From: Trueperaceae bacterium
GTDB taxonomy: Bacteria > Deinococcota > Deinococci > Deinococcales > Trueperaceae
Direction: 5' to 3'
Length of the DNA stretch: 25,107 nt
Assembly (NCBI GenBank): GCA_040905465.1
Contig: JBBDRK010000028.1
Span: forward strand, 14,517 to 39,623
In this document: in pieces, positions 1 to 8,029 of the stretch
Position numbering within the stretch: the stretch's first letter is position 1
Layout: every line of letters begins with the position of its first letter
Program-made: the position numbers and the translations under genes
Notes under the pieces: model-generated
The model's database searches: none
Told to the model about the DNA's origin: nothing
What the model saw: only the letters and a program-made list of their open reading frames with translations

Positions 1-54
1 AACGCTGTCGCGCCGCCCCACGGCGCGAAAGATAACGCTGTCGCGCCGCCCCAC
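1..54 (+). repeat. In-frame tandem repeat, period 33 nt (NAVAPPH twice)
   Basis: AACGCTGTCGCGCCGCCCCAC occurs exactly at 1-21 and 34-54. Confidence 0.9.
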
Positions 55-336
55 TCCGTTCCCGATGCGTTTTCGTTTGCCCGGCCGGACTGCGACCACG
101 TGGTGGTGGAGACGGTCAAGCGCGCCGAGGACGGCGACGGCTGGATCGTGCGACTCTACGAGGCCAAGCAGTTTTGCAGCGCCACGGTGGTAGTGCGCTT
201 CGGCCTGACCCTCTCGCGAGTTGTCGAGTGCGATCTCATGGAGGAAGAGGTTGGGCCGGCCCACGGCGAGGGCAACGAACTCGAGTTCCCTATCGCCCCG
301 TATGAGATCAAGACGTTCCGGGTCTGGTTCGGGTGA
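1..336 (+). CDS. Alpha-mannosidase (GH38) C-terminal domain, 5'-partial
   Basis: Frame is open from base 1. VVVETVKRAEDGDGWIVRLYEA...ECDLMEE...FPIAPYEIKTFRV is the typical GH38 C-terminal beta-sandwich signature. Confidence 0.85.
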   Translation, partial: NAVAPPHGAKDNAVAPPHSVPDAFSFARPDCDHVVVETVKRAEDGDGWIVRLYEAKQFCSATVVVRFGLTLSRVVECDLMEEEVGPAHGEGNELEFPIAPYEIKTFRVWFG

Positions 337-404
337 CGAGTGCTCAAAGCCGCTCGAGCACCTGCGGCACCTTGCTCCAACTCATGAGCAGTCGCCGCTC
401 GGGC

Positions 405-1025
405 TCAATCGGCGCCCGGCCCGCGCTTGCCGTAGCGTTCCAGCCTGTCGATCACTGCATGCGATCCGAATACCACGATGAGCATCGGAACGCCGAACAG
501 CAGCAGGAATGGCAATCGCACGCACAAGGCCAGCAACACCGCCGACACGCCGGCCATAACCAAGGCATAGAGGGGGTTGGCCAGGACCGTCAGCAGTGCG
601 TTGCGCAATGCCAACCGCAGGCCGGGCCGGCCCTGCTCCATGAGGTAGGGCAAGGCGTACATCTGCAGCAGCAACCAGACGCCGGCTACGACCAGGGTCG
701 CCCCCTGCAGCGCTCCCCCGAGACGGCTATTCAGGCTGCCGTAGAAGTGGAGGTTCAGCAGTACCGCGACGACAACCACGAGCTGCAGCAGGAACCATGC
801 CCAACTCACCAGGAAGTAGCGGCGCAGCATGCCGGCAAGCTCGCGCGGGTAGAGGGTGCGTTCGTGCGCGAAGTCGTTGGCGACCCGGTATGCCACGAAG
901 GTCGCCGGCGGCCCGAGGATCACCGTGAGCCAGCACAGCATCCAGGCGAGATTCAGCATCGCCATGTTCACCCAGTCGCGCCACCAGTCGCCCAGCGCCC
1001 TTACGAACACGGGAAATGCGCTCAC
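405..1025 (-). CDS. DUF624/YesL-like integral membrane protein
   Basis: LNLAWMLCWLTVILGPPAT motif, several hydrophobic segments, ALRNALL motif; sugar-utilisation context. Confidence 0.7.
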   Translation of the reverse strand: MSAFPVFVRALGDWWRDWVNMAMLNLAWMLCWLTVILGPPATFVAYRVANDFAHERTLYPRELAGMLRRYFLVSWAWFLLQLVVVVAVLLNLHFYGSLNSRLGGALQGATLVVAGVWLLLQMYALPYLMEQGRPGLRLALRNALLTVLANPLYALVMAGVSAVLLALCVRLPFLLLFGVPMLIVVFGSHAVIDRLERYGKRGPGAD

Positions 1026-1200
1026 CGGCTGCGACGGCGTTCCCGCCGGAACGGCACTGAACGCCCGGAATCCTGGTCCATGCTCACACCATATTCGCTG
1101 GGCCCATTGGCCGGGTCAACCGCGGCCGCCAGCAGGTAATCTCGACGAGGACCAGCAGTACGGCACGGCAGGCAGGTAACTCAGGCAGTTGGAGGACGTC

Positions 1201-1845
1201 ATGAAGCGCGCGCTTATCGTTTACGGAGGCTGGCCCGGCCATCAGCCGGTCGAGTTCAAGGACTGGGCGGTGGCCAGGCTAAGCGACAAGGGGTTCGAGG
1301 TCGAAGCGCAGAATTCGCTTGAGCCGCTGGCCGAACAGGCGTCGCTGGAGCGGTTCGATCTGATCGTTCCCATCTGGACCATGGGGGAACTCAGCCATGA
1401 GCAGGAGACGGGCCTAAAGGAGGCGGTCCGCGGTGGGGTGGGGCTGGCCGGATGGCACGGGGGGATGGGCGATTCCTTTCGCTCGCGTGCTACCTACCAG
1501 TTCATGGTCGGCGGTCAGTTCGTATCGCATCCCGGTGGCATCGTCACCTTCGAGGTCCGCATCACCAACCCGGCTGACCCGATCGTCGCGGGTCTGAGCA
1601 ACTTCAGCGTTACCTCGGAGCAGTACTACATGCACGTCGATCCCTCCAACGAGGTGCTGGCCACCACTACTTTCAGGGGCGAGGCGCATCCGTGGATCGC
1701 CGGTACGGTGATGCCGGTCGTCTGGAAGCGCCGCTGGGGCAAGGGCAGGGTGTTCTACAGTTCGATCGGACACAACCGGCAGGAGTTCGACATTCCCGAG
1801 GTGAGCGAGCTGACGCTGCGCGGGCTCGTTTGGGCGAGCCGGTGA
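1201..1845 (+). CDS. ThuA-like (trehalose-utilisation, class I glutamine amidotransferase-like) protein
   Basis: KRALIVYGGWPGHQP, GLAGWHGGMGDSFR, EQYYMHVDP, WGKGRVFYSSIGH; GGAGG before ATG 1201. Confidence 0.85.
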   Translation: MKRALIVYGGWPGHQPVEFKDWAVARLSDKGFEVEAQNSLEPLAEQASLERFDLIVPIWTMGELSHEQETGLKEAVRGGVGLAGWHGGMGDSFRSRATYQFMVGGQFVSHPGGIVTFEVRITNPADPIVAGLSNFSVTSEQYYMHVDPSNEVLATTTFRGEAHPWIAGTVMPVVWKRRWGKGRVFYSSIGHNRQEFDIPEVSELTLRGLVWASR

Positions 1846-2948
1846 GCGATCGACCCCTGGGGGTCGGAATCATCGGCTGCGGCAACATCAGCGCGACCTA
1901 TCTCAAGGCCGCGCAGCTCTTCGAGCGCCTGCGGGTAGTGGCCGTTGCCGACCTAGACGCCGAGCGTGCCCGGGCGCGCGCCTGCGAGTTCGAGGTGCGT
2001 GCCGAGCCGGTGGACGCGCTCCTGGACGACCCCCGAGATCGAGGCTGTCATCAACCTGACCGTGCCCAGCGTTCACGCCGAGGTGAGCCGCCGGATCGTC
2101 GAGGCCGGCAAGCACGTCTACAGCGAAAAGCCGCTGGCTACACGGCGCGAGGACGGCCGGGCTCTCCTGGACCAGGCCGCGGAGCGCGGGGTGCGGATCG
2201 GCTGCGCGCCGGACACGTTCCTCGGCGCCGGCCTGCAGACGTCCCGAAAGCTGCTCGACGACGGTTGGTCGGCCGCCCGGTGGCCGCGGCGGCGTTCATG
2301 ATGAGCAGCGGCGTGGAGATGTGGCACCCCGACCCGGCGTTTTTCTATCGTCCCGGCGCCGGTCCCCTGTTCGACATGGGCCCGTACTATCTCACCGCGT
2401 TGATATCGTTCCTGGGACCGGTGAAGAGCGTGATCGGTTCGGCAGCTACCTCGTTCGAGGAGAGGCGAATCACCAGCAAGCCGTACGCCGGTCAGATGTT
2501 GCGGGTAGAGACCCCGACCCATATCACGGCGCTCCTGGAGTTCCGCTCCGGCGCCGTCGCGACGCTCATCACCTCGTTCGACGTGCAGGCAAGCGAACTG
2601 CCGCGCATGGAGATATACGGCAGCCAGGGGACGCTCAGCGTGCCCGATCCGAACACCTTCGGCGGCCCTCTGAGGGTGCGTCGCAGCGGGGTCAAGGAGT
2701 GGTCGGAGGTGCCGTTGACGCACGGCTACGAAACCAATAGCCGCGGCCTGGGACTGGCCGACATGGCGCACGCCATCGGGTCCGGCCGCCCGCACAGGGC
2801 CAACGGGGAGATGGCGTTCCGCGTGCTCGACATCATGCAGGCTACGCTCGAGGCTTCCGGCGCCGGGACCAGGTTCGAGCTGGAAAGCGCTTGCGAGCGT
2901 CCGGCGCCGTTGCCGCTCGGACTGCCGGCGGGCGTGCTGGACGACTAG
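1842..2948 (+). CDS. Gfo/Idh/MocA oxidoreductase with apparent compensating +1 (~2030-2034) and -1 (~2269) frameshifts
   Basis: GTG overlaps the ThuA stop (GTGA). Rossmann GIIGCGNIS and [10 protein letters not shown] lie in one frame; the conserved [10 protein letters not shown] and [11 protein letters not shown] lie in another frame between ~2035 and ~2268. Confidence 0.85.
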   Translation: MSDRPLGVGIIGCGNISATYLKAAQLFERLRVVAVADLDAERARARACEFEVRAEPVDALLDDPRDRGCHQPDRAQRSRRGEPPDRRGRQARLQRKAAGYTARGRPGSPGPGRGARGADRLRAGHVPRRRPADVPKAARRRLVGRPVAAAAFMMSSGVEMWHPDPAFFYRPGAGPLFDMGPYYLTALISFLGPVKSVIGSAATSFEERRITSKPYAGQMLRVETPTHITALLEFRSGAVATLITSFDVQASELPRMEIYGSQGTLSVPDPNTFGGPLRVRRSGVKEWSEVPLTHGYETNSRGLGLADMAHAIGSGRPHRANGEMAFRVLDIMQATLEASGAGTRFELESACERPAPLPLGLPAGVLDD

Positions 2949-3378
2949 ATTCTCCATGGCCACCGGCTTCGGCGACCGGTCTCATCGACAAGCGCGCTGC
3001 CGCTCGGGCCTTCGTCACACGGCCCTCGCGTATCGCCATTATCAGGTCGTAGGCGACTTCGTCATCCGCGGTAACTGCCACGCCCTGGAGCAGCAGGCAG
3101 GTTTCGGCGAGTGCCCAGGCAGCCGCGGCGTTGCCGGGAACGCTTTTCCGCTCGACGAGGAGGTCGTGCAGGAGTCCCGCCACCTCCAATCGAGCGGCGG
3201 AGGGATCGGAAATCGACTGGCGATCGCCGACTGGCGTGGCGGCAACGAGGGCCTCCAACCGAGGAGTATCGCGAATGAGCCCGTCGCCGGACTCCCAGAC
3301 GCGATCGCGGTAGATATCGAAGGCCCAGTCTACGAGCCGGCTCACGGCGGGACCTTCCGCATGAGGCGCATCACTCAT
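2842..3378 (-). CDS. Fic/Doc (death-on-curing)-like protein with degenerate catalytic motif
   Basis: GLIRDTPRLEALVA and AGLLHDLLVERKSVPGNAAAAWALAETCLLLQGVAVTADDEVAYDLIMAIREG follow the Doc pattern; overlaps the AbrB gene by 8 nt. The 3' end overlaps the convergent gene by 107 nt, so the true end is uncertain. Confidence 0.65.
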   Translation of the reverse strand: MSDAPHAEGPAVSRLVDWAFDIYRDRVWESGDGLIRDTPRLEALVAATPVGDRQSISDPSAARLEVAGLLHDLLVERKSVPGNAAAAWALAETCLLLQGVAVTADDEVAYDLIMAIREGRVTKARAAARLSMRPVAEAGGHGESSRPARPPAVRAATAPDARKRFPARTWSRRRKPRA

Positions 3379-3601
3379 CCCGGTTCAGCGCCAGCTGCTC
3401 GAACAGATTCCGGCGTCCAGCCTTCACTCCGGCGAACGCCAGTGCCGCCTGCAGTTCGAGTTCATCGGCCGGGTGGCTGGTGAGTACGGCGGTCCTGCCG
3501 ATCAGCGTCAGGTCGAGCTCGGCTGAGCCGAGAAGTTCGACTACGAGCCAAGGCAGAACGATCCCCCTGCTGTTGCCGATCCTACGCACTTTTATTTTCA
3601 T
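3371..3601 (-). CDS. AbrB/MazE/SpoVT-family DNA-binding protein (putative antitoxin)
   Basis: MKIKVRRIGNSRGIVLP swapped-hairpin signature; 76 aa; directly upstream of the Doc-like gene. Confidence 0.85.
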   Translation of the reverse strand: MKIKVRRIGNSRGIVLPWLVVELLGSAELDLTLIGRTAVLTSHPADELELQAALAFAGVKAGRRNLFEQLALNRDE

Positions 3602-3806
3602 AGGGCAGGTTAGTACTTCGTTGCCACTTGCCTTCGGTTCGGCTGGTCAATCGCCGGTTGATCCGCCCGCTCTACCGTCACGGTCGCCCTCCATGCCGTG
3701 TTGCTCGAGGCTATAGATCAGGACCTCTGCGTTGCCCGCGACAGGACCTGGGCGATCATCCATGGAGCCGGGCAGTGAACTGTCACTTTCGTAACTCCAA
3801 CGTTAT

Positions 3807-3822
3807 AACCGCTCGAGCGGTT
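3807..3822. promoter_or_regulatory. Perfect 16-bp palindrome in a divergent intergenic region (candidate operator)
   Basis: AACCGCTCGAGCGGTT equals its own reverse complement. Confidence 0.4.
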
Positions 3823-3849
3823 GCGGGCACACCACTGTCGCGTGGACGT

Positions 3850-3888
3850 TCCGGGGCCCTCGGCAGCAAAAGGGGCGCGGGCCCCGGA
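3850..3888. other. Inverted repeat/hairpin, 10-bp stem and 19-nt loop
   Basis: TCCGGGGCCC (3850-3859) pairs with GGGCCCCGGA (3879-3888). Confidence 0.5.
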
Positions 3889-4020
3889 TGTGGTCGAAAT
3901 CAGGGCCTAAGTACCAGGGATTGTGCATTAAACCACCACGCCTCGTGGATGTTGTATGATCACGCTGACAGCAAAGGGTTGATTGGAGGATGAGGATGGG
4001 GGTCGAACCGGGAGGTGCCG

Positions 4021-5199
4021 GTGACTGATTTGCGAAAGTTAGGGCCACTCGGCCAGGGAGGGGAGTCCCAGCCGGTTACAGTGGACCTCACTAGAATCGA
4101 CATCCGACGAGGCACGCTCTACTTGCCTCGTCGCTTTTATGGAGCGCTTCCGGAAGGCGAAGTGCAGGCCAGCGACACGGTCGCCGGTCGCGATATCTCC
4201 GTTCGGTTCCAGCCTCCGCGGCAGCTCGAGGGTCTCGGGCCCTTCTACGAGGAGCACGACCTGCGTCCCAACGATGCGGTCGCCTTGCTGCTGACAGACG
4301 TGTTGCAGCTCACCGCGGTACGGAGGGAGAGGCGCAAGACTCGTGCCGACGCTCCTGCGGGCGCAGCGCACGGCTCAGCTCACGAGGCAGCTCACGAGGC
4401 AGCGTACGAGACGGCGCACAGGTCATCGCACGAGACAGCGCAGGGAGCAGCGCACGAGGCAGCGCAAGGTGCCGCCCCGGAACGGAAGGAGCAAGCGACT
4501 CCGCCTGCGTCCAGTCCGACATTGCCGCCGCTGCCCGAGATCAAAGTGGGATGGCAGGACGTGTTGCACGACCCGGCGCCTCGGCGGCATCCCGCCGGCA
4601 CGTCCGGGCCGACGACAGTGCCCGGCGGTGTCGACGAGGATCGCAAGGAAGTGCGAGAAGCACCGGGCCGGGGTCCGGAAGCTCGCGCCCACCTGGAGCG
4701 GCTGCGTCCCGAGGCGCGCGTGCAGCAGGCGGAGCGTGCCCGGCGAGAGTCCGGGCAGGGAGCGACGGAGAAACCGCAAGACAGTTACGCCGAGCCCCAC
4801 GCCCGTCCGCTGGCGCCCGAAGCAGACCCGCCGAAGCGACAGCACGGGCTGTTCGACGGGCGGGCGGCTGCGCAGGTCGAAATCGAGCGGGCAGGTGGCC
4901 AGAGTCAACCTCGAGCCGCGCCTCGGCCCGAGCCGAGCGCCGAGAAGGATGAGCCCATCGAGCCGGAGCGCGAACCGGTCGCCGTCGGCGCCCCTGCGCA
5001 AGAGGACGCGGCCGGGCGCATCTCGAGTTACCTGCGGGAACCGGGTACGCCGGCGATAGTGCGAGCCGCGGCGGTTGCCGAGGAGTTGCGGCTTCCGCTC
5101 GAAACGGTCCAACGCGGCCTGGCGGAGGTCTCTCGCGCTTCGGAAGGAGCGGTCGCGCCGATACGTCCCGACGTATACCTGGTCAAGCGTAGCGGCTGA
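4021..5199 (+). CDS. Hypothetical protein: B3/pseudobarrel-like N-domain, long disordered linker, winged-helix-like C-domain
   Basis: GGGAGG precedes GTG 4021 (alternative start 4015). Both termini look globular and flank ~230 aa of P/A/E/R-rich sequence. Domain calls are by pattern only. Confidence 0.7.
   Translation: MTDLRKLGPLGQGGESQPVTVDLTRIDIRRGTLYLPRRFYGALPEGEVQASDTVAGRDISVRFQPPRQLEGLGPFYEEHDLRPNDAVALLLTDVLQLTAVRRERRKTRADAPAGAAHGSAHEAAHEAAYETAHRSSHETAQGAAHEAAQGAAPERKEQATPPASSPTLPPLPEIKVGWQDVLHDPAPRRHPAGTSGPTTVPGGVDEDRKEVREAPGRGPEARAHLERLRPEARVQQAERARRESGQGATEKPQDSYAEPHARPLAPEADPPKRQHGLFDGRAAAQVEIERAGGQSQPRAAPRPEPSAEKDEPIEPEREPVAVGAPAQEDAAGRISSYLREPGTPAIVRAAAVAEELRLPLETVQRGLAEVSRASEGAVAPIRPDVYLVKRSG
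4363..4470 (+). repeat. Nine degenerate 12-nt in-frame tandem repeats (consensus GCAGCGCACGAG, AAHE)
   Basis: Units start at 4363, 4375, 4387, 4399, 4411, 4423, 4435, 4447 and 4459 and encode AAHG SAHE AAHE AAYE TAHR SSHE TAQG AAHE AAQG. Confidence 0.85.
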
Positions 5200-5286
5200 C
5201 CAGGCGCTGCGGCTCAGCTGGCGTAGCCCGACGGGCCGTGCGGCTCAACCGGCCCCACTGCCCGCGTCTCGCCGGCGGCAAGCCCG

Positions 5287-5865
5287 TCAGCGGCAGGCAC
5301 GCAGGAGCTCGAGCACCAGTTGGACATCGCCCAGCGCGCGGTGGCTGGCGTGCAGCTCGAACAGGTGCTGCATCCCCCGGTCGCGGACGGCGCGGTGCAA
5401 TGCGTAACCGCGGCGGCCGTGCAGCTGGGCGTAGAGGCGCATTGCGCACACGAACAGCAGGCGTGGCGGTTCGAGCTCCCACGCGCGCGAGGAGTTGGAA
5501 AGCATCAGCCGGTCGAACGGCGCGTTCCAGGCGAGCAGCGTGGACCGCTCGGCGATCCGCAGCAACTCCGGCAGTACCTCGGGCCAGGACGGCTGGTCCG
5601 CCAGCATCTCGAGGGTGATGCCGTGTACGCGTTGGGCGTAGGGGTTCATGGTCCCGCGGCGCGGCCGAACCAGGGTGTCGAGAAGAACCGTGCCGGAGGT
5701 GTCTATGAGGGACACCTCGATGACTTCGGCGTCGCCGATGCCGGTGGTCTCGGTGTCGAGGATCAGGACGTCGTCGCGCTGGAGCAACTCGAGGATCCCT
5801 TGACGGGCCTTTGTCGCCCGATCATCGGCCACTGCGAGAGCCGCTTCTGCTGCCGCTTCATTCAC
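5287..5865 (-). CDS. DEDDh 3'-5' exonuclease (DnaQ/epsilon-like)
   Basis: ExoI ILDTETTG, ExoII AWNAPFD, ExoIII HRALGD. Confidence 0.9.
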   Translation of the reverse strand: MNEAAAEAALAVADDRATKARQGILELLQRDDVLILDTETTGIGDAEVIEVSLIDTSGTVLLDTLVRPRRGTMNPYAQRVHGITLEMLADQPSWPEVLPELLRIAERSTLLAWNAPFDRLMLSNSSRAWELEPPRLLFVCAMRLYAQLHGRRGYALHRAVRDRGMQHLFELHASHRALGDVQLVLELLRACR

Positions 5866-5938
5866 TCGACCAGGATAGCGTGCCTGGCGTCGGCGGGTCT
5901 CCGGTAAGCCGGCTCGGCGGGAGACCGTCCGTGCAGAT

Positions 5939-7015
5939 TCAGGAGCCAGGACGGCGCCGAGCGCGCCGCAGGAGACCGGCGGCTTCCTGGCCGGCGGCGT
6001 CCAGGAGGGCTCGAGCCAGCATTACCGGCAGCGGACCGTGACTGAAGGCGGCCGCCACAGCATAGATGGTTCGAGGCGACGCGCGCGGACCCGGTCCTAT
6101 GGCGAAGATCGGTTCCCAGACCGGAGGACGGAACTTGCTCTTGAAGAACTCCAGCCCCTGGAAGTCGTAGAAGCGGCGGCCGTGCGCTCGCGCCCACAAG
6201 AGCAGGGTCCGCAACCACCAGGGTTGGTTGTAGGCGACGTGGCTCGACAGCGGTACCAGGCCGAGCGTCAGGTAGGTCGCGCCGCTCTCCGCCAGTTCCG
6301 AAACGGCAGTGTCGATCATCAGTTCGGCAGTGCCGTTGGGAGCGCCGGGCCGGCGAACGACCTGCTCCAGCAGCCAGCCGCCGCGCGCCGGTACCGGCGA
6401 CGCCACCACGAATCCCATGACGCGAGCGGCGCGCTCGGCCACGAACAACCGCCGGTCGGCCAAGCGGTCGAGCGTGCTGCTCTCCACCAGGAAGTGCAGC
6501 GGCGGCAGGCCACGCTGGGACAGCCACTCCTGCAGGCAGGCACGCAGGTCCGGATCCGTTTGCCCCGGCACGGCCGGCCACTCGGTCACCGTCACACCCT
6601 TGTTGCGCGAGCGGTTGAGCTGTGCCCGTACCGAGGCCAGGGCACCGACCCGCTCTCGCCACTCGCCGGGATTCCAAACCGGCTGGGCTCCCAACGGCAC
6701 CATCGCCAGGTCGCCGCGAGCACGCAACAACTCCTCGAGGCGAACCTCCGCGCCGAACCAACACACCCGCTCGCCCCACTCCTGGGCGTTCGCTTCGAAG
6801 TCCCGCACCGCCCGGCCGAGTTCCTCGGGCCGGCACACCGGTGCTCCTGCCACCACCCGTACCCCGACCCGGGTCACATAGCCGACTACGGCGTAGGCGC
6901 GCTCGCCGAACCAGAGCTCGAAACCGGGATTGAGGATCTGATAGGCGGTCGAGTTCCAGCCGTACTCGAGCACCAGCTCCCGCGCGCGTTGCCACTCGTC
7001 GCTGGCGAGGGTCAG
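5939..7015 (-). CDS. DUF2156 / MprF C-terminal aminoacyltransferase-like protein, stand-alone
   Basis: YGWNSTAYQILNPG, RRPGAPNGTAELMI, YLTLGLVPLS, RFYDFQGLEFFKSKFRP. The frame is open up to a CTG at 7015; the first GTG is at 6973. Confidence 0.8.
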   Translation of the reverse strand: MTLASDEWQRARELVLEYGWNSTAYQILNPGFELWFGERAYAVVGYVTRVGVRVVAGAPVCRPEELGRAVRDFEANAQEWGERVCWFGAEVRLEELLRARGDLAMVPLGAQPVWNPGEWRERVGALASVRAQLNRSRNKGVTVTEWPAVPGQTDPDLRACLQEWLSQRGLPPLHFLVESSTLDRLADRRLFVAERAARVMGFVVASPVPARGGWLLEQVVRRPGAPNGTAELMIDTAVSELAESGATYLTLGLVPLSSHVAYNQPWWLRTLLLWARAHGRRFYDFQGLEFFKSKFRPPVWEPIFAIGPGPRASPRTIYAVAAAFSHGPLPVMLARALLDAAGQEAAGLLRRARRRPGS

Positions 7016-8019
7016 GCTTCACCGTCCAGGGACAGCCGGTCTATCTCCGCCAACTCTTGGGGGTCGAACGCCGGGCCGTCCAGCGCCGCCACGTTCTCGT
7101 CGAGCTGCTCGAGCCTGCTCACGCCCATGATCACCGAGGTCACCCGCGGGTCGTGCAGACACCAAGCCAGCGCCATCTGCGCCAGGCTCTGCCGGCGCCT
7201 CCCGGCCAACTCGGCCAGGACGCGAACTCGCGCGAGCTTCTCGTCGGTCAGCGCCTCGCGCTTTAGTGAGTTTCCGTAGTTCACGCGCGAGTCCTCGGGG
7301 ATCTCGCCCAGGTACTTGTCGCTCAACACGCCCTGATCGAGCGGCGAAAAGACGATGCAGCCCACGCCCTCCTGCTCGAGCGTGTCGAGCAGGTCTTCCT
7401 CGATCCAGCGGTTGAGGATCGAGTAGGAGGGTTGGTGGATCAGCAACGGCACGCCCAGCGCCCGCAGAATGCGGGCGGCCTCGGCGGTCTCCCTCGCCGG
7501 ATAGGAGGAGATGCCGGCGTAGAGCGCCTTGCCCTGCTGCACCGCCGACGCCAGCGCCCCCATCGTCTCTTCGAGCGGAGTTCGCGGGTCGAGGCGATGC
7601 GAGTAGAAGATGTCGACGTAGTCGAGGTTCATGCGAGCCAGGCTCTGGTCGAGCGATGCCAGCAGGTACTTGCGTGATCCCCACTCGCCGTAAGGCCCGG
7701 GCCACATGTCGTAACCGGCCTTGCTGGAGATCACCAGCTCGTCGCGGTAGGGGCGCAGGTCGCCGGCCATGATCCGTCCGAAGGTCTCTTCGGCCGACCC
7801 GTATGGTGGACCGTAGTTGTTGGCCAGGTCGAAGTGGGTGATGCCCAGGTCGAAAGCGCGCAGCACCATTTCGCGCGACGACGAGTACGGTCTGGTGTGA
7901 CCGAAGTTCTGCCACAGGCCCAACGTCACCTCGGGCAGTTGCAGGCCGCTACGGCCGGATCTTCGGTAGCGCATCCGCTCGTAACGGTCCGCGGACGGTC
8001 GGTAAGGCGACGGTCTCAT
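7012..8019 (-). CDS. gpr: Aldo/keto reductase, L-glyceraldehyde-3-phosphate reductase (YghZ/Gpr) type
   Basis: LGLWQNFG, GITHFDLANNYGPPYGSAEE, SKAGYDMWPGPYGEWGSRKYLLASLDQSL, LLIHQPSYS. Confidence 0.9.
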   Translation of the reverse strand: MRPSPYRPSADRYERMRYRRSGRSGLQLPEVTLGLWQNFGHTRPYSSSREMVLRAFDLGITHFDLANNYGPPYGSAEETFGRIMAGDLRPYRDELVISSKAGYDMWPGPYGEWGSRKYLLASLDQSLARMNLDYVDIFYSHRLDPRTPLEETMGALASAVQQGKALYAGISSYPARETAEAARILRALGVPLLIHQPSYSILNRWIEEDLLDTLEQEGVGCIVFSPLDQGVLSDKYLGEIPEDSRVNYGNSLKREALTDEKLARVRVLAELAGRRRQSLAQMALAWCLHDPRVTSVIMGVSRLEQLDENVAALDGPAFDPQELAEIDRLSLDGEA

Positions 8020-8029
8020 CTCTTGCCCC

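Noticed and set aside
3860..3915. Resemblance to a c-di-GMP-I riboswitch (GCAAAA...GGCCTAAG)
   Set aside because: The GNRA-capped first stem and the GACGCAAAG junction are not present in the right arrangement.
4363..4470. Repeats considered as a CRISPR-like array (also 1-54 and 17051-17111)
   Set aside because: The units are short, mostly contiguous or coding, and lack a series of unique spacers; no cas genes are present.
6038..7279. 413-aa plus-strand ORF (also 5862-7022 minus)
   Set aside because: Shadow frames of the DUF2156 and aldo-keto reductase genes.
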